64,000 bases of DNA from NCBI RefSeq assembly GCF_964355755.1, contig NC_092672.1, forward strand, positions 34,168,437-34,232,436. Direction: 5' to 3'. How positions within the stretch are numbered: the stretch's first letter is position 1; the number at the start of each line of letters is the position of its first letter. The position numbers and the translations under genes were made by a program. Of the stretch, positions 25,105 through 37,200 are shown one piece after another. The notes below the pieces were generated by a model. That model was not told where the DNA came from, made no database searches, and was given only the letters and a program-made list of their open reading frames with translations. Source of the stretch: Antedon mediterranea. Lineage: Eukaryota; Animalia; Echinodermata.

Positions 25105-27164
25105 TTAGTGTGCTGATACACTGTTGGTACCCCTTTTTCATAAAAACATCGTCAATATTAAAATGCATATTAACCATTTTAAATACAATTTATAGCATAT
25201 TTGTTGATATAACCATTCATCCGAGAATTTCACTAAGTATCAATTAATATTATAATTTGTCATCATACACCTGGAGTGTTGTTTGAGTCACGATGCTCCA
25301 CAATCATGAACAATCTCTGTTGTTTATGTTCCCTCTATTGGAACATATGATACACACCGTGTATCCGTATTAATAGTTGGAAACGTGCTCTTTTTTATGT
25401 TTAAAGGCAATTTATGGTCGTTGTCCTAGTTACGTGTATTATTATATGTCGGTTAATTCCTCAGTGACTATCACATTTGCACATAAAGAACAATTCTTCT
25501 CCAAACAAAATGATGCAAAATACAAACAATGTGGATTGCCTTTTATCATGGAGAATAACTTGGACTAACGGTACTGTATCTATTCCCGAACTATAATAGG
25601 AATATTTGGTAATACAACATCACATTTATTTATAGTAGTAACCTTACATGATACAGGCACCACATGTGATATAAATGAGATGCTGTATTACTAAATATTC
25701 CTATGATACTTCGGAAATAGATAGTATGTGGAGATACAGCACTGGGAATCGGATGCCTAGCCGATACTCGGTACTGTATAAGACATTTATAAGGCCAAGC
25801 CTGGTCTACGTAATTATGTACAGTATTTCACATTCGTGTCATGATCAATCGTATTCAATATCGATCGATGCAATAGGGCCTATTGATCCTCGGACTGATT
25901 CAGAGCGCCAAAGGGATGCCCTAGCCCTATTTGCATGCGTTCATTGAGCTGTCATTATGAACGTTCGCTGTGAATTGACACCACGAAGAAACGATCACCG
26001 ATTTGATATGGACTTAACACCACAAATCTTGAAGCCTTTAAAGCTTTGTCTAAACTATCAATCTAGTTTGACGTGTTATGTGCCTGAATATTGTAGTGTT
26101 ATATGCCCAAATGTGGTAGTGATATGACATCATCATGTCCATGTATGGATCACATTTTGTTGTCACATAAAGTTTGATAGCTATAGTATAGACAAATAGC
26201 TTTAAACTTAATGTCACTGACAGGGCCATCCTCTCACTCACCTATTACATTCCGATATTCATAAACCTATGTCAGCGTCCGTCTCTGAGTATTAATAGAC
26301 AAATATTGTTTGATGCAATACTGTACCAAACAAACTCTGTGGTATACCAAAAGGTTGAAACCTTTAATCTATTTGTCATTGGAAGGATTTGGTAAAAGAG
26401 GCCGTATAAGTAGATATAGGGTACACTTAGGATCTACTAATGGCGGGATGCATAGCAGGATAAACGGAAACTCAACGGATACGTGCTAATAAAACAGCCT
26501 TCATTAATTACCATGAAATAATATAATTAAAAACACAAAATACTATCGCTTTTTGATGTAGGCATATATAATATCATATCTCGTACAATACAGTAGTAGG
26601 CCTATTAATCGAATGGTATTATTACGTAACATTCATGTTATGATCAATATTATTCAATATCGATCGATGCAATATAAAACAGCCTTCATTAATTAAAAAT
26701 AGTGTACTGTCGCTTGTTTAATGTAGGCCTAATATAATGTCATCTCTCGTAGGCTAAAATACAGTAGTAGTAGGCTAATATATCATCTTTGTTGCTTTTT
26801 AATGTAGGCCTACAGTATATCATAGGCCTACCTCGTACAATACAGTAGTATAATATTAATAATCGAATGGTATTCAGGAGCAATATTATTTTAATACGGT
26901 CATTGTTAATGGTTAAATCAAGGCTGCTATCACGAATAATTGAGTCATTAATCTTTGGGTTACGGGTAGAACTTTTACCTACTTTTAAACTGGTTTACGC
27001 TCATACCCGGGCCCTAACCCATATTACCGTAAATGGAGGAGGTTGGTTTGGGGGGGGGGGGGCGGGTTCTTGGATGAGGGGAGTTTTGTAGCTTTTAATA
27101 ATTATACATTACAAACCGTTTATGTTTACATGAATACAGGTATTTAGCATTCACTATGCCTAAG

Positions 27165-27300
27165 GAGTTGGTTAGGACACTTGGCTGTCATACAGAGAGA
27201 CCTGAGTTCAATTCTAAGTAAAATAAGCCCCTATGTTCAGAATTGAATACGGGACCTTTATCTTTTACCTATGCCCTAATAATGTAAGCGTTTCTAATGT
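27165..27300 (+). mobile_element. Degenerate tRNA-derived SINE head
   Basis: GAGTTGGTTAG...CTGTCA...GAGTTCAATTC (A/B-box-like); no intact cloverleaf. Confidence 0.4.
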
Positions 27301-27418
27301 GTCGTTCAATTGGCCTAGAAATTATTTCTTAAAAATCATTTTTACGAAACACAGGTTTAAATGACATTAAAACTTATATAAAATGTTGTGCTTAGATAGA
27401 GTAAAAGTATATTCTTAC

Positions 27419-27509
27419 CGCTGCCTAACCTGCCCGTCTCGCGCCTCCCTGATGATGATCCACCCCACTGCGACGATCTATATCCACCGTTCATTCTACT
27501 AGAACTCAT
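27419..27509 (-). CDS. Septin alternative first coding exon (MSSSRMNGGYRSSQWGGSSSGRRETGRLGS)
   Basis: GAC ATG, 91 nt, G|GTAAGA donor in phase 1, matching the 24898 acceptor. Confidence 0.8.
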
Positions 27510-28755
27510 GTCGTAAAATTTCCTCGACTCACAACAGTAGCAACTGCATAAACTAATCCAATAACAAGATTGTAGATTTGTATTATCTTTCGAATAATTT
27601 TCCCAGCTATAAATTCACTTTATACGACGAATATAATAATCCTAATTAGCCTACATCGACGAGACCAAAGATGTTTCTGTGGCGATGATGACGAAGTTCT
27701 ACGCTGCGGGCGATTTTGACAGCACGCTGAAACTGACTCATGAAAAGTAACTATTTTCTAAGTAACAACAAACTCTCTTAAAAAACCTGCGGTTATCGAT
27801 ATTGATATCAAAATCATGAACAATCATACTCATATACTACTCTGAAAAGATTCGTTTCGTGTCAGTTATTCGCATACTTAAAATATCTGCATTCATACAC
27901 TGGTTTTGTTAAGTCCTCGAGTTTAGTATTGAATTCTAAATTAAGCCATGCCCGAGTAAGTACACCGATACAAAGAAGTATTCACTTGAAATCATGGCAG
28001 ATGATGACAAAATTACCGAACAATTCGACTATGAAGAAACTAATCAGATTACATCACAGTAGAAACATCATATTGTGAAGACTAAAAGCTTTAATGATAT
28101 AACAAATTGTATGAAGGAGAGATCGCGTCGTAATTGATTTGACGGCGCGCACATACTACGTCACAGATTAGCCGGGTCGGAGGTCTTAGCTTCGGTGTAG
28201 AGAACTTTAGAAGTTTTTAAAAGTTTGCTCGGTTTAAATCGAAAGGGAAGTTTGTGTAGTGAGTGAAAATGAGTCATTTTACATGGATATTGATGTTTTC
28301 CTTCTTGGACAGACTTCGTATATCTCACGTTTAGTATGTAATGATTCGATGTTAATTAAGGTCAAATCTAGGTCAATTAAAATAGACCTATTTCATAAGA
28401 ACAAATGTAAAAGCAACGGATTTTGAAGAAGTTGTTGCCTCTGGGTAAAAACTAATAGAGAGTAAAAATAACTTTATTGATGGAATCATAGAAAACCGGC
28501 TTTGGCGACTATTGTGAACAAGCTAACACGAAATATCGTAGAAAATATCACAACAATTTCAATGATTATTTCATTTCCGTCGTCTGTATCTTGTTTATAA
28601 ATTATATTATAGGATGTTCAATTTGATTTAATTGGCTTTTTTACATACACAATTATAATATCCTTTACGGTAAGGGCGTTTCCCACTAAGATACAAACAA
28701 GTTGACGAATAACTATAATATGTGCGTCTGTGTGTTGTACGCGTATGAAGCCTAA

Positions 28756-28934
28756 AGCGTGGTTCCCACTAGCGACGGAACACAAGGACGTAACGCAACG
28801 CAAGTGAATTGACCAATCACAAGCGATGGCTTATTCGCTTGTGATTGCTAACTGTCTATAACTTCGCTTGTCATTGGTTAAAACGCTTGCGTTGCGTTTA
28901 CGTCCTTGCGTTACGTTCTAGTGGGAACCAAGCT
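28756..28934. mobile_element. Second Harbinger-type MITE family, longer copy
   Basis: AGCGTGGTTCCCACTAG / CTAGTGGGAACCAAGCT with TAA...TAA. Confidence 0.85.
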
Positions 28935-29229
28935 TAAGTCATTTCATTGATTATTGCGTCTATATTCGAATTTGAGTACGTCGATTGTGTGTTGTCGCTA
29001 CTTTTCAGTGTTGAGTGGGGAGGGAGGTGTCTCCTTTTACTATACCTTATAAAATCTCTATGATTATACATAATTATTAAAAATGATGTCATTTTACATT
29101 TAGAATTTACGTTTAAAAGTATAAAAATAAAGACGGAATCATTATGAAACACAAAGTGGACAAAACAACAAAAAAAAGGACGAAAAGACGAGAAATGGTT
29201 AAATTTTGAAAGAAAAATAATAATATTAC

Positions 29230-29248
29230 CTGAACTTCTTCTATTCAT
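29230..29248 (-). CDS. Candidate most distal septin first coding exon (MNRRSS)
   Basis: AGC ATG AAT AGA AGA AGT TCA G|GTAATA; phase 1 matches the 24898 acceptor. Confidence 0.55.
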
Positions 29249-31283
29249 GCTAGCGTATCTGTCCAACTCTTGATCAATATTTCCAAAATAAAAACCATTT
29301 AAGTAGATTGAAAACTCAATCTAACTGCATCTGCTCATGGCTCTATCCACAATCCTCCGTCGCCGATATTAGTAGGCCTATAAGCCTATACTAACCAAAC
29401 TCATCGTTTGAATTACAATTAATGTTGGTTGTATCTAGGAAATGTGTAATAGAAAAGTAACGACCGCGTAAGATCTTGATAACATAATATCAATTTCCTC
29501 ATTTTTAATCTAAATAACTACCATATTTCTGCCTCACGTAATTTTTTCTAATAGCCTACTTATATCATTGAGCACCTAAATATGCCTTTTTTTTAAATGG
29601 AATGGTTTTGCAGATAGGCCGGCCTGGGCCTATAAATTGTCTATTTCGTACGTGACTTGGTAGCTTATGTTTTACAAATCATTGATAAAGTAGACAATTG
29701 TAGAACCTAAAGATTATTGCAAACGTTATGTGGTTTTTACGAAAATAGCCGGAAAATAATAATAAAAGAGACATTCCCGACCATTATACGGTAACGCAAC
29801 ACAACCAACGATAAAGTTCGCGATAACGTAAATTTAAGAGGGCGCGATATATTAATTTGTCATACTAAGCCATACGGTGAAGGAAAAAAATCTGCTAGAA
29901 AACACTTTTCGTTCCGAACTCTATATACTAACAAATTTATGCCTAGGTAAAATTTATTATGTGTTCCAAGTAATAATGTGAAGAATTGAATCAAAATATC
30001 TTGAAGAAATAATTTTTATGTGTTCTCTCTTCTAATCTAATCACGAAAATTCAAAATACTAAAGACACGTAATAATAGTTGTTTTTCTTTATTAATTTGG
30101 TAAAATATGTTTTACTATGCTATATGTTACGAATTAATTTCTATAGATAAAATACATGGAAAATTATTATATAGCATTAGATCAGTTTAAAATAATAACC
30201 CTGGAGGCCTAAATAGCACCAGCTAATTGTATAAAATATAATACGGTGTAACCCCTATTAAGGGAACACTTTTGGACCAAAAAGGTGTCCTCTGAAAAGA
30301 GGTTTCCTCAGTAGGGATTTATATTTATATACATAATATAATATTGAATTATTGTTTTTTTTTTTGTTAATAATAAAATAATATTTGCTTACAAAATAAA
30401 TAAAAAATAATATTTGCTTATAAAATATATTCATTAAATAAAATGTAAAATGTATACAGCTACTACTATGTTTTATTATATAATCTGATTAATGATATGA
30501 TCATTTTTTAAATAAATAAATTACTGTTTTCAATACTGTTGTAAACTTTATGACATATTACAGCATTCATTGTTTTTCATTTCACTCAAAGCGTACGGTA
30601 TACTAGATATACGAAAACAATTTTGCAATGAATAACAAATATTTTATTTGTAGACTATGATTTTGGTTATTTAAACTATTCATAGGCCTATCATTTTTTT
30701 AACAAATATATTTTTACTTTTATTCTGTGTTTTATTTGTTTTCTACGTGTTCTAAAATGACAATACTGTAACATACGGTGAGAGTCAATAAAATAGATGT
30801 TCAAATGTAGGCCTATATTAAATATAGATTGTTTTGAATCATATAATATACTATATACATCTCCTGCTGTTTGTTAGATTATTAATATTCTATCTGCACC
30901 ACAGACCATCATAAATCATATATTTTATATGAAGAGCAATCATCAATACATTGTAAATAAGGCCATGGAATGATTTGAAATTATTAATATTATTATTACA
31001 TATCATGTTTGGAATTAGGGGATGCAATCTGCAATGCATCCCCTAAAATCTCTAGTTATAAACACCAAATCATTTTTTTCATTATTTTCACCTGAACTTA
31101 GGTATGTGGAATCCATACATAACTCCCATAACAAATCCATACTACAAAGTATTATAACAAATATTGTAGGTGCTCTTTTAGCCATGAACAAATCCTGAAA
31201 AGATCTACTGTAGGATTTGAACCAATGATTGTGGGATGTGTAAGCGACAGTAAGTCACATTTGCAAGTAATTGCATTGCTATA

Positions 31284-34200
31284 CTAAACAGTAATAACCT
31301 GTTCTTCAATTTCAGTGACATCATTTCTTTCTTCTTTCTCACTTTCCTCCTTATTTTCAATACTTTTTTCTATATTCTCCTCTTTTGTACTACTTTCACT
31401 AGTGCTATTAACAACTACATATTCATCCTGTTCTTGGACACTTACTGCCATCTCATCTTTAATTTCTTCTTTTGTACTCTCTCCTTTGGTATCACCACCG
31501 GTGTCTCCGTCTTTCTTTTCACTCTGAGCCTCATTCAGATTGTCTTTGATACCCTCAGGTTGACCTGCATTTGTGTCTTTGTTGACAACATTCTCTACTT
31601 CTTTGACATCACTGCCATCATTACTACTTACTACCTCTTTGAGCTCTGTCACTTTCTCCTGCGTGACCTCTTTGTCATTTTCCATGACATTGCATTCTTT
31701 CTCCGTGTTCCTATCTTCTTTTACACTGTTTTCCACATCTTTATTTATTTCATTGTTCTTATTATTACTTTCTTCATCTTGTTTATTGTCTGTCGTCTGA
31801 CTGTTGTCATTTAATGCCTTACTGCTGACCTGTTCTTCATCAAGGTCACCAACTGGTTCCAATAGCTCTAGCATGTACATGATCTTCTTGGGTTTTGTCC
31901 AGCTGAATCGGTTATCAAACTTGAAAACATCTGAAGAAAGTATAAAATAGAAATTGTTGAAGCAACACAAAACTGGAGCCTAAAAGCTCTGTCTACACTA
32001 TCAAACTAGTTTGACAAAAACTGTATGTGCCCAAATATGGTAGTAAGTGATACACCCAAATATGGTAGTCATGTGATGACATGATGTCCATATATGGGCA
32101 CATGGCATTTTTTGTCACATAAAGTTTGATAGTATAGACATAGCTTAATATTTATAAATTAAATGTAATTGTAGGCCTAATGGTCCTCTCTTTATGGTAC
32201 CCAGAGAAATGACATTAATCATTTGGAATATTGTACTCAAATCTTTAGCATGTATTGACAATTAAATAAAAAAAACAACTGTTTAACTCACAATATCCAG
32301 CAGTTTCTAATTCGACTTGACCATCTTGTAGTACAAAATGACTGTTGACTCTAGTAGTTTCTAAGATTTTTACTTTCTGTCCGTTGCTTTCAATTCGTTT
32401 GATTCCAAAAGCAATGTCATGATCTTTAGTTTTAAATGCATACCTGTATAAAAAGAATAAAGATAGGTAGTATCCTCTCCTCACTGGGTACATTATTATA
32501 TCCTACATACAACTCTAGTATTGCTAACAAACCCATGTTTTGTGTAAAACTAGTTTGCCAAAAAAAGTATGATGTGCCCAAATATGGTAGTGATATGATG
32601 TCATCGTGTCCATATTTGGGCACACCACATGATGAATGATGATGAATGAAACTTCACCTGAAGAAACTACCAGGTTTTGTAACTCTGTACTTAAACTCCA
32701 ACATAGATCCTCTCTTGATGTCTCTTTCTGTCATGTTATCATCAGCAATGTCTACATCTTGGGAATAATAAGACTTGGGTACTTCACCTCCTAAACATAT
32801 CTGAAACCAAACAAATTAGACCAGTACTAATATGTGATGTCATCACCTTCTATGTGACACATTTTGACCAATCCAATCTAACAACAGGACACTTGCCTTG
32901 CCTAAGATAGAAACTTGTAAAAGTCCTTTGATCTTATGTCTGGATGCGATGTGGCGAGTGGTGTCTATTAAGGGGCGTGAACTGATTGTGTTGTAGCCAC
33001 AGATAAATGAATGATCTCCGGAGCTCAGCATCCTGTTGTTAGATTGCCTGGGTCTGACTGACTGATAACCGTAGAAATGTTAATAAAGCTTTGCCTACAT
33101 TACTGTAGTCACACACAGAACCTCTTTCAATTTTCCGCTAACAGGCCTACTAACCTTGCTAGAACACATTGTGTTCCCATCTACATCAGTGGCTTTACCT
33201 TCCCAATAAACTGGTAAAAGAGTACCAGTAAACTAGGCTTACTAACCTTGCTAGAACACATTGTGTTCCCATCTACATCAGTGGCTTTACCTTCCCAATA
33301 AACTGGTAAAAGAGTACCAGTAAACTAGGCTTACTAACCTTGCTAGAACACATTGTGTTCCCATCTACATCAGTGGCTTTACCTTCCCAATAAACTGGTA
33401 AAAGAGTACCAGTAAACTAGGCTTACTAACCTTGCTTGAACACATTGTATTACCATCTGCATCAGTGGCTTTACCTCCCCAATAGACTGGCAAAACATCT
33501 TCATCTACAAAATCTAACAAAGCAGCCTTCCAATCACCTTTAAAAAAAGGAAAACCCAATTACAGTAGATCTCCTATTAAGGGAACACTTCAGGATCCAA
33601 TAAAGTGTCCCTTTAATAGGGGTGTCCCCTAAATAGGAGATTAAGGCCACATTAATGTAAAACATATATTTCCCCTAGTTAATTTGTTTCACAGGAAAGT
33701 TTCTCTTTAATATATGTGTCTTATGATGTACCAGTGAAGGTTTCTATTATAATATAAATGCAAGGAAATTATATCTACTTAAGATTACCTCCAAGTATAT
33801 GTATTTTTTTGCGTGTTTCTGAGCTTAAGTACGGCCGACAAAGAGCGTACACAAGAGGAAAGATTTTTGGAGCTCGAACAATAAGTATCTTTTTTAAGCA
33901 TTCTGGGTAATGGTCCTGAAGAATGCTTGTTATCTGCCGATAAAAGAAAACGAAAAGTAATGCAACAATCTTGTGTAAAACTTGACACAAGTTCTTCATT
34001 AAGCTCTGTCTACACTATCAAACTAGTTTGAGAAAAAAAGTGTGACATGCCAAAATATGGTAGTGACGTGCCTAAATATGGTAGTGATATGACTTCATCG
34101 TATCCATATATGGGCACATGACATTTTTTTGTCACATTAAGTTTGATTGTGTAGACAGAGCTTTAGAGTGATGTAATATTTCATTATATAATTGAATAGA

Positions 34201-37200
34201 AAGAGGCTTATTTTATTATTGTTTATGAATAAAACTGATTAACTTACCTGATTGTAAAGATCCACCCCTGGTTTCCAGAGATGTTGCCTCCCTAGTCCAT
34301 GCATGTCCATGATGTAAGTGAAACCTGCAATTGGTTTACCAAGCTACAAAAGAAAAGAAAAACACACATACAAATGATAATGTTCTGTACTATTGTTAAA
34401 AACCACATTTTGTCTTGAAACGTCCAATACTATGCACAAATCCTAGAAAATATTGTATTTTCTTATTTAATTATTCACTATTTTTATACATTCTTATACT
34501 TAAGAAAATAATAAATAAAAGAAAATATTTGAACATTTTATATTCCATCTTTTTATCACTTAACACACTGTACAGAATGCATTCTTTGTCTAATAATTCT
34601 ATATTCATAATTTTATTATTCTTTGCAAAAAAAAACAAAAATTAGCAAAACTTACCAGCAAATAATAATAAATATATGAATACCTAAAAACCAGATAAAC
34701 ATGTTTATTCATAATTTCTATATCTGTTACAATAATTGTCTAACCAGATCGCCTACCATCACTATTTGTATTTGTAAGTCAAAATTTAAAATAATAAATA
34801 AAAAATTTGTGTTCGAACTATGCTTCCATTAGCTACGTACAGGCTATATTATATTTCAACATTATGTTTAGCTATGCTACCATTCAAGTGTCTTAATGCA
34901 TTTTGTTTCTGCTAATGGCTACTAATTTGAGCAGACTTAAAATGTTTGTTTGCCAATGGCAAAAGAAAAACATTCATTTTCAAGAAGATTAAGACCCTTC
35001 AGCTGCAAAGCTGACATAACATTTACATTTTATGTTGTTTTTTTAAAACTTAAATATAGATACATATCATAGAGGTATCCATGAGTTTAGAATCTGAACT
35101 TTATATAGTATTATGCAAGGATTATGATGAATATGCTGTATATATACTTTCCTAGATATGATTGTACTTTTGACCTGACGAGTGTGTTAGCTTTGCTAGC
35201 ATATGAAACAAATTTGTAGTCAATAAAGTACTGTACCATGAAGTTTATTTTTATTTGTGATATACTTTCCTAGATATGTATTTTTACTGTAGTGGCTTGA
35301 ATCAGTTTACACCAATTTCAATAAGTAGTTTTACTGTATTTAGTTTGGCTATAGCAAAATAACATGCTAGTAAAATCGTACAGGCCCAGAGTTATAGAGA
35401 GACATTGTTTTATTACTGTCAGATGAGAACAAAGCTCTGCCCCACTATCAAACTTTATGTACCAAAAACAATGTGACCATATATGGAAGTAATATACACA
35501 AATATGGTAGTGATATGACATCATCATGTCCATATATGGACACATCACATTTTTTGTCCCATATTTAGTCCTAATTTCGAACCCTAACATTTTAGAAATC
35601 ACACTGTTTTAGTGTACAGTAGAAATAATATTATATATTAATTTATTATATTAACATGAGCAAAATATATAACTTCACTTAGTATCATATATCATAGTAT
35701 CATTACATAATCACTAGGTAAAAATAATACATTTTTCTTATTTCAACTTGTTGAAAATGTACTAGTATGGAAAGGCAATTAAATGCAGAAAACAAAACCA
35801 GGAAACAGGACTTAGATTTAGAAGTTGGTTAACTTGAATTTAAGTAGATAGGTCAACAAGTTTAAGAAACCATTGAAAAAGTACTTAGACTTTGTAATGT
35901 ATTCTATATGAAGTAGGTGGTAGTATTTAGTAACATTTCTTAGTTTATATAGTAGTGGTCTAAGACAGTAAACCAAACCTCTCCAAAAGAAACATGATCT
36001 GGCTTATTTCATTTTGTATATTGTTATATTAAAACCTACCAGTAATTATTATAGATATTAAAGTATCATATCATATAAGAAATAATGAATGAAGACATAA
36101 AATATGGAAGTTCAGACAATTAACACAGCAAAACAAATATAGTGTTTTGAGGTGGTGAAAAATTTCCAAAATGTATAGTTGTATGTTTTATAAAACCATT
36201 GATTTTGCAGATATTTACATGCTTTTTTTCTCTATCAGAGTTATATGTGGTCCATTGGAGTTAATTTGTAGCTTGCGTTCAAATTCAAAATGTACCTGTA
36301 ACCTATCAGAGTTGTTGGAGGTACATTGGATATCGGAGTTAACAACACAGAGGTATATTAAGAGAGTTTTACTGATCACAAGCATTTATGTCGGTTGTAA
36401 CTCCGATATGATTCAGATTAGCTTAATACACAGCGGTTATTAAATTAAGCCCTGTCTACACTATTAAACTAGTTGACAAAAAAGTGTGATGTGCTCAAAT
36501 ATGGTAGTGATATGCCCAATTATGGTAGTGATATGACATCATCATGTCCATATATGGGCACACCACAAAACGTTTCATAGTGTAGACAGAGCTTTAGTTC
36601 TTATTTACTATTACTAAATTTAATAAAAGAAACCGTACCTTTTGAGTTTGTTCATTAATTGTTTTCATAAATCTCTCTAGATTACAAATGTGATACTTGA
36701 TAATATCACCTGACTTACAAGATTGTAATAAACCTACAAGAAAATTAAAAAGATTAATCTTTAAATGAAAGTAGGACAGTAAAGCTTTAATCATAGTATA
36801 ATATGGCAGTTTGGATTGAGATACATAAATTATTATAAGACAATATTATAAACATGGAACAATTGTAAAGTGGAGTTGTAGCTTGGTGCTTGCCTTCCAA
36901 TCCCAAGATCCACAGTTCAATGCTGACCTAGTGCCACAACTCTTTTAACTCCACTCCCTAAGCTAAGCCTCAATTTAGACTTTATTTAATAATAATAATT
37001 ATATTATCCTGGATTTATATAGCGCCTTATGTTGTTAAAACTCTAAGCGCTGAACATTATTTACCCCGGTCATTTTTTGCATCAAACACGTATGGAAACA
37101 TACTCCCATAAATGCAGCTAGTAATCAGCGCAAAGTTGTGTCTTGATCTAACCAGGTTTATGAGCATGATAAATTATAAAAGAGATTATCCAGTTACTCT

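Noticed and set aside
31315-31814. Plus-strand Ser/Leu/Phe-rich ORFs
   Set aside because: They are antisense shadows of the Glu/Lys-rich SEC14L last exon.
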